Both the position numbers and the translations under genes were made by a program. Of a stretch of DNA of 64,000 nucleotides, positions 58,638-64,000 are shown piece after piece. Every line of letters starts with the position of its first letter. The first letter of the stretch is position 1. The stretch comes from Candidatus Obscuribacterales bacterium. GTDB lineage: Bacteria > Cyanobacteriota > Vampirovibrionia > Obscuribacterales > Obscuribacteraceae. Under the pieces are notes generated by a model, which saw only the letters and a program-made list of their open reading frames with translations, made no database searches and was not told the origin of the DNA. The stretch spans positions 1,952,001 to 2,016,000 of the forward strand of contig CBDDIJ010000003.1 of NCBI GenBank assembly GCA_965228855.1, read 5' to 3'.

Positions 58638-61337
58638 ATGACACTGTCTGGCGCTCAAATCAGGGATAAATTCATTTCCTATTTCCGGGACAAACGCGGG
58701 CACCTGCATAAGCCCAGCTCAAGCCTGATTCCGGACAACCCGACCCTGCTTCTCACGAGTGCGGGCATGGTGCAATTCGTGCCGATTTTCCTCGGCAACG
58801 CACCGCCGACCAACCCGCCACGGGCAGTGACAGTGCAGAAATGCGCACGCGCCGGAGGCAAAGACTCCGATATCGAAAACATCGGTCGCACGTCTCGCCA
58901 CCACAGCTTCTTCGAGATGCTGGGCAATTTCAGCTTTGGCGATTACTTCAAGAAGGAAATTATTCCGTGGGCGTGGGAGTACGTCACCGTAGATCTGGGA
59001 TTAGAACCAGAACGGCTTCACGTCACAGTTTTCAAAGGTGACGAAGAAGTCCCAGGTGACGACGAAGCCTATGACATTTGGCACAAAACAGTAGGCGTTC
59101 CTAAAGAACGCATCTATCGTCTCTCACGCAAAGACAACTTCTGGGGACCTCCCGGTCCGACCGGTCCGTGCGGACCGTGCTCGGAGATTTATTACGACAG
59201 GGGTCCGGAATACGGCTGCAGTGACGACCCGACAAAATGCGGCATCGACATTTGCGAATGCGATCGCTACATGGAGTTCTGGAACCTCGTTTTCATGGAA
59301 CTCTTCAAAGATGAGAACGCAAAATTTACTCCTCTAGCCAGCAAGAACGTCGATACCGGTTCCGGTCTCGAACGCGTCGCTCTGATCCTTCAAAAGAAAA
59401 ACAACACGTTCGAAACCGATCTCTTCTTCCCGATTCTCGAAGAGGTATCGAAAATTGCAAACGTGAAATACACAGGCGGGATAGTCACAGGACTGCCAAC
59501 CACACCCTCTGAGAAAACTGATAGCTACCTGAAAATCATCGCCGACCACTCTCGTGCGATATCGTTTTTAATCGCCGATGGTGTCAGAACAAGCAACATC
59601 GGACGCGGATACGTTCTGCGTTTCATCACACGAAGAGCCGCTCGTTTTGGACGTCTCCTCGGCATCGACAAACCGTTTATTTACACATTGGTTCCGACAA
59701 TTGTACGCATTTACGGCGATGCTTATCCGGAATTGAAGAAGAACGAGAAGCTGATAGAACAAGCCATCAGGGAGGAAGAAGAGCGCTTCGCAAAAACAAT
59801 CGATCGAGGCATGAAGTTCCTCGATGAATTGCTGCAGGAGAAAGGTGATACCGTTGATGGTGCCAAAGCATTCAACCTGTACTCCACCTACGGCTTCCCG
59901 TTTGAGCTGACAAAGGAAATCGCCGAAGAACACGGCAAGAAGATCGACCTTGCCGGCTACGAAGAAGCGAAAGAAAAACATAGTGGCGCCTCCGCAGGCG
60001 ATCAATTCAATGTCATCATCACGGGCGAAGAAGCAATCGGAAAAATTCTCAAGGAGCATGGAGCGACGGAGTTCACCGGTTATAAGGAAACCAGTGGCGA
60101 AGGCGAAGTCCTTGCTGTGTTGAAAAACGGAAGTTTAGTCGATGAAGCCCAGGAGGGTGACGAAGTCGATGTTATTCTCAGCCGCACTCCTTTCTATGCG
60201 GAGTCTGGTGGACAACTCGGTGACATCGGTGTATTTGAAAACGATGACTGCCGCCTACAAGTTCTCGACACGAAGAAACACGAAGGGCTGCACGTTCACC
60301 GCGTGCGGGTGCAGGCAGGTGCTGTTCGCGCCGGCGAAAAATTACGTCTGGCCGTAGATCAGGAAAGACGTAATCACACCGTGCTTCACCATAGTACTGC
60401 TCACATTTTTCATTCGGCAGTCAGAGACCGGCTCGGCAAGCACGTCGCCCAGGCCGGTTCGCAAGTTGGTCCTGCCGCGATGCGTTTCGACTTCAACTTC
60501 GAACGTCAACCGACCAAAGAAGAATTGGCTGACATCGAACGCACGATGAACGTCTGGGTACAGGAAAATGCCGAAGTCAAAACCACCGAGATGACACTGG
60601 AAGAGGCTAAGCAGACCGGTGCGATAGCCATGTTTGGTGAGAAATACGGCGACAAGGTTCGAGTCGTTCAGATGGGAGATTTCAGTCTCGAGTTCTGTGG
60701 TGGCACTCACGTTGCCTCCACAGGCAGTATCGGACTGGTCAAGATCATTTCGGAAGGAAGCATCTCCTCCGGCGTTCGCCGAATCGAAGCACTGTCAGGA
60801 CCGAAGGCGTGGAACTACATCAGCGAACAGATGGGTTATCTCGGCGAATTGTCCGACAAGTTGAAGGCTAAACCAGCTGACCTGGCATCTCAAGTTGATC
60901 GCCTGCAAGCAGAGATCAAAGCAAAGGAAAAACAGAATGCCGAACTTGAAGATCGGCTTGCACTCGCCAAAGTATCCGATCTCTTAGCCGGTGTTGAAAC
61001 GCTCGGCAACGTCAAATTCGTGACGGGTCAAGTACAGGATGTATCGAGCGACGGTTTGAAAACAGTCGCGACCTCGATAAGAGATAAAGGTGACGACATG
61101 GTTGTCCTTCTTGGCTCAATACAGGGCGCAGACAAGGTTTCAATCGTGTGCGCGGTTTCCCAGGCTCTCACCAAGAAAGGTTTCCACGCCGGCAACATCG
61201 TTAAGGAAGTTGCCGAGGTTTGTGGTGGCAAAGGTGGTGGCAGACCCGATGTCGCCCAGGCCGGCGGAAAGGACACGGCGAAGCTGGAAGAGGCTCTGCG
61301 ACTGGGTCGTAAGCGCGTGAGTGAAACCAATTCGTAA
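58638..61337 (+). CDS. alaS: Alanine-tRNA ligase
   Basis: AGMVQF, HHSFFEMLGNFSFGDYFK, GPCGPCSEI, DTG-GLER, editing HSTAH and CGGTH, GGKGGG; AGGAGG RBS before ATG 58638. Confidence 0.98.
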   Translation: MTLSGAQIRDKFISYFRDKRGHLHKPSSSLIPDNPTLLLTSAGMVQFVPIFLGNAPPTNPPRAVTVQKCARAGGKDSDIENIGRTSRHHSFFEMLGNFSFGDYFKKEIIPWAWEYVTVDLGLEPERLHVTVFKGDEEVPGDDEAYDIWHKTVGVPKERIYRLSRKDNFWGPPGPTGPCGPCSEIYYDRGPEYGCSDDPTKCGIDICECDRYMEFWNLVFMELFKDENAKFTPLASKNVDTGSGLERVALILQKKNNTFETDLFFPILEEVSKIANVKYTGGIVTGLPTTPSEKTDSYLKIIADHSRAISFLIADGVRTSNIGRGYVLRFITRRAARFGRLLGIDKPFIYTLVPTIVRIYGDAYPELKKNEKLIEQAIREEEERFAKTIDRGMKFLDELLQEKGDTVDGAKAFNLYSTYGFPFELTKEIAEEHGKKIDLAGYEEAKEKHSGASAGDQFNVIITGEEAIGKILKEHGATEFTGYKETSGEGEVLAVLKNGSLVDEAQEGDEVDVILSRTPFYAESGGQLGDIGVFENDDCRLQVLDTKKHEGLHVHRVRVQAGAVRAGEKLRLAVDQERRNHTVLHHSTAHIFHSAVRDRLGKHVAQAGSQVGPAAMRFDFNFERQPTKEELADIERTMNVWVQENAEVKTTEMTLEEAKQTGAIAMFGEKYGDKVRVVQMGDFSLEFCGGTHVASTGSIGLVKIISEGSISSGVRRIEALSGPKAWNYISEQMGYLGELSDKLKAKPADLASQVDRLQAEIKAKEKQNAELEDRLALAKVSDLLAGVETLGNVKFVTGQVQDVSSDGLKTVATSIRDKGDDMVVLLGSIQGADKVSIVCAVSQALTKKGFHAGNIVKEVAEVCGGKGGGRPDVAQAGGKDTAKLEEALRLGRKRVSETNS

Positions 61338-61550
61338 GGTTCGGCTTTGATCGAGAAAATTCGCGCTTGACGCTGACGCATTCGAGTGCGCCGGGTCGTT
61401 TGCGTCTGCACCGAGTTTTCCAATTCCTTATATATGGATTTTGGATCAGGCAAAATTCGAACTTATACGCTACAGTGATCGGACTCTGATCCTAATTTGG
61501 ATCGTTGCTTCGTTATTGAGATCGACAATTCGCGGGGAGGTCTTTAACTC

Positions 61551-62480
61551 ATGTCTGGCACGAAGAAACTCTGTTCGTTTTTGCTCGCCATCGTAAGCGC
61601 AGTGTTCTGCTGCCTGCAGGCGATTGCTGCAGCACCTCCGGTGCGCATTGCCGTCGTCACCGGCGGTGGCAGTGGGATCGAGCAAGAGATAGTCGATAAA
61701 ATCACAAACGAAATCCAGAATGATCCAAACGTGGCAGTTAGTACGGTAAACCCGGACTGGTACGTCGTCTGCAATATCAAAGAGATGATGGATCAAATGA
61801 GCGGACAGATTCGCTACAACGGTAACGTGATTATCAAGACCACTAAAGGAAAAATCCTAGATACCGTGGCAGTTCAAAAATACAACCAGGATTTTTCGCT
61901 CACTCCTGGAACTCCTTTGAACAAGGCTCTAGTAGATCGAGCGGCCAGAGAGGCGACGCAGGCGGCAGCCAACAGAACGATTCCGGCGATTCAGCGAGCA
62001 GTTCAAGTTGAGATGGAAACCCGCGAACAAATTATCAAAGCGCAAATCATGGCCGAGCAGGAAGAATATGATGGTGCCATCAACGCTCTTCGGCTCGTGA
62101 CGCCTGATTCGCCGCACTTCGAAAATGCCCGCGACTTGATGGCGGAATTTTCTATGGAAAAGGATGCGCTCGAAAATTTGAAAAAGGGCCAATCGCTGGG
62201 CGCTGCTCACAAATACGGACCAGCAATCGCAGCGCTGAATGCCGTTCCGGCCAAATCGAAATACAAGGGCAAGGCCAAAGCATTAGCTGCGTCTTATGGT
62301 GGATCGGCCAAACGCGCCACCGCTCCGAAGAAAGTATTAGTGAAAAATAACAGTGGTTCTGCTACCGCAGGCAGTGGTAACCAAGACGCTGAGTTGAAAG
62401 CGCTTGACAAAGTTTTGAAGATGGAAAAGAAAGCCATCGAAGACGCTCAATCGCAAGTAAACAAGCGCCTCAACAAATAA
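61551..62480 (+). CDS. Secreted hypothetical protein
   Basis: GGAGG RBS, signal peptide, alpha/beta N-terminal domain then helical repeats. Confidence 0.7.
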   Translation: MSGTKKLCSFLLAIVSAVFCCLQAIAAAPPVRIAVVTGGGSGIEQEIVDKITNEIQNDPNVAVSTVNPDWYVVCNIKEMMDQMSGQIRYNGNVIIKTTKGKILDTVAVQKYNQDFSLTPGTPLNKALVDRAAREATQAAANRTIPAIQRAVQVEMETREQIIKAQIMAEQEEYDGAINALRLVTPDSPHFENARDLMAEFSMEKDALENLKKGQSLGAAHKYGPAIAALNAVPAKSKYKGKAKALAASYGGSAKRATAPKKVLVKNNSGSATAGSGNQDAELKALDKVLKMEKKAIEDAQSQVNKRLNK

Positions 62481-62520
62481 TTCGGACAATTCGATCCGGC
62501 GCCGAAATAAATATGTACTC

Positions 62521-62576
62521 CTGCAATCCTGCCAGCTGGCTGTTTCGAGCCGAAGATAGGATTGCAGTTTGTTTTT
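62521..62576 (+). terminator. Terminator-like stem-loop
   Basis: CTGCAATCCT...AGGATTGCAG followed by TTTGTTTTT; long loop with an inner GGCT/AGCC stem. Confidence 0.45.
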
Positions 62577-62756
62577 GTAGTCCATTGATTTAATTGAAAT
62601 CAGGCTTAAACTGCGGATCTAATGTACATTGAATCCAGTAGACTCAATGGTTTGCATGCAAGTTTTGATCTTGTTGCAAATTGAGGCTCCGGCGAGCCTA
62701 ATTTCCAGAAACCGCGAGTGGTTATGGAAGTGGTTAATACCAAGGAGTAGTGTGAT

Positions 62757-63755
62757 ATGAAGTTTCGCAAGACTGGTGCGCTCTTGATAGCGGCAGTTTT
62801 TCTTCTCAATCTGACCTCGTTGCCCGCTTCCGCAGAGGCAAAGAGACGCATCGCGATTATGCCTTTTGACTCAGGTCACTACGCAAGCGCGATCGCGAAC
62901 GTCGACCTCGGGCAAGCGATTGCATCGATGTTGACGACAAAAATCGTTAATGATGGAACCTTCCGAGTAATCGACAGACAGATGCTCGAGTCCGTCATGA
63001 AAGAACAAAACCTTTCGGTCAGCGACCGCGCCGACCCGGCAACCGCTTGCAAAATCGGTAAAATCTTGAGCGTTGATGCAATCGTTGTAGGCAGCATCAC
63101 TCAATTCGGTCAAGAAAGCAAGTCATCCAGCGCCAGCCTTCCGACCGGCTACATCCCGGGCATCCCGTATGTAGGCGGTATCGGCGGAATGTTCGGCAGC
63201 GTTCGTTCAAGCAAGAGCAAAACTCGCGTGTCAATCGACGCAAAAATCATCGACATCAACACCACTGAAATCCTTGCAGCAATGCAAGGTTCAGGCGAAG
63301 CAAAGCGTTCGGGTGGTGGCATTGGTGGTTTCAGTCAGGACACCAACGGAGAAAGCGCAATTGCTGACGAAGCAACCATTCAGGCAGTAGACAGCTTGAA
63401 CAGCCAGATTATCGCAGCCGCCGCTAAAATTCCGGACAACCAATCGTTGATCGCGAAGAACGTAGAAGGCAAAGTTGCTGACGTCACCGGCAATACCATC
63501 ACCGTCAACGTCGGCAAAAAATCAGGCGTACAAGTTGGCACCAAGCTCAACGTAGAACGCTCAGTCAAGAAGATCACCGACCCGGATTCCGGCAAAGTGA
63601 TCAAAGAAGTGTTCAACACTATTGCCACCATCACCATCAAAGATGCTGATGACACCTCGGCGACCGGAGACCTGTCTTCCGGAACCGGTGTCAGAGTTGG
63701 TGACACGGTAAAAATAAGCAGCACCTCTGTCACTGGAGTTGTGCTCAACAAGTAG
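62757..63755 (+). CDS. CsgG/HfaB-family protein with FlgT-C-like C-terminal beta domain
   Basis: Signal peptide, RIA--PF, F-VIDR--L--V-KEQ, G-I--VDA---GSITQFG, NVGK-SGV--G; AAGGAG RBS. Confidence 0.8.
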   Translation: MKFRKTGALLIAAVFLLNLTSLPASAEAKRRIAIMPFDSGHYASAIANVDLGQAIASMLTTKIVNDGTFRVIDRQMLESVMKEQNLSVSDRADPATACKIGKILSVDAIVVGSITQFGQESKSSSASLPTGYIPGIPYVGGIGGMFGSVRSSKSKTRVSIDAKIIDINTTEILAAMQGSGEAKRSGGGIGGFSQDTNGESAIADEATIQAVDSLNSQIIAAAAKIPDNQSLIAKNVEGKVADVTGNTITVNVGKKSGVQVGTKLNVERSVKKITDPDSGKVIKEVFNTIATITIKDADDTSATGDLSSGTGVRVGDTVKISSTSVTGVVLNK

Positions 63756-63764
63756 ATTGTCAGA

Positions 63765-63801
63765 GAAGCCGGAATCGATTGAGAAAGTCGGTTCCGGTTT
63801 C
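63765..63801. terminator. 16-bp hairpin after the CsgG-like gene
   Basis: GAAGCCGGAATCGATT-GAGAA-AGTCGGTTCCGGTTTC with G-U pairs; no clear U-tract. Confidence 0.45.
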
Positions 63802-63891
63802 AAATCTGCAACTATAATTTCTGAAGAACTTTCAAACGTCCATGACAACCTCGAGTTGCGTGGACATTTGATTAATGACAAGGATTGAATC

Positions 63892-64000
63892 ATGCTCAAA
63901 AGAAGTCTTTCTGTATCATTGCTTTCGCTCGTCTTGCTGTCAGCGACAGCTTCACCTGTTTCAGCCAAACCGACCGATTGGAACAAAGAGCTGGCAAAAG
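63892..64000 (+). CDS. Start of a secreted protein, truncated by the window edge
   Basis: AAGGA RBS; MLKRSLSVSLLSLVLLSATASPVSA-KPTDWNKELAK signal peptide. Confidence 0.65.
   Translation, partial: MLKRSLSVSLLSLVLLSATASPVSAKPTDWNKELAK

Overview
Bacterial chromosomal window, gene-dense, with no rRNA, tRNA, CRISPR or mobile element recognisable by eye. It holds housekeeping genes (nuoN/ndhB, carA, lptCAB-F/G, aroK, aroQ, iscA, ygfZ, ileS, suhB, mutS2, carB, deoC, NAD kinase, alaS) mixed with many TPR and secreted proteins. The gene content (stand-alone ndhB, split carA/carB, single LptF/G, TPR-rich proteins, membrane Ser/Thr kinase, no photosynthesis genes here) suggests a non-photosynthetic cyanobacterial relative such as Vampirovibrionia/Obscuribacterales; this is inference only. 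The most interesting region is 29.2-42.4 kb: three large minus-strand genes (about 2063, 1109 and 994 aa) with no signal peptide and no domain I recognise, built from helical/TPR-like bodies plus Gly/Ala-rich hydrophobic segments. Two of them are clear paralogs. Two share an identical bipartite upstream motif (TTGTCCAAAA-N10-CCGTATAGA), and weaker copies precede the third gene and a nearby trypsin-like protease. All four proteins carry a short N-terminal L-x-x-[DEQ]-[VA] motif at about residue 32-35. Together this suggests a co-regulated, possibly exported membrane-attack/effector system. Other oddities: a triple-domain LptA, a YgfZ-TPR fusion beside iscA, an NADK3-like kinase and a candidate structured leader RNA. 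Product calls come from motif recognition, not database searches.
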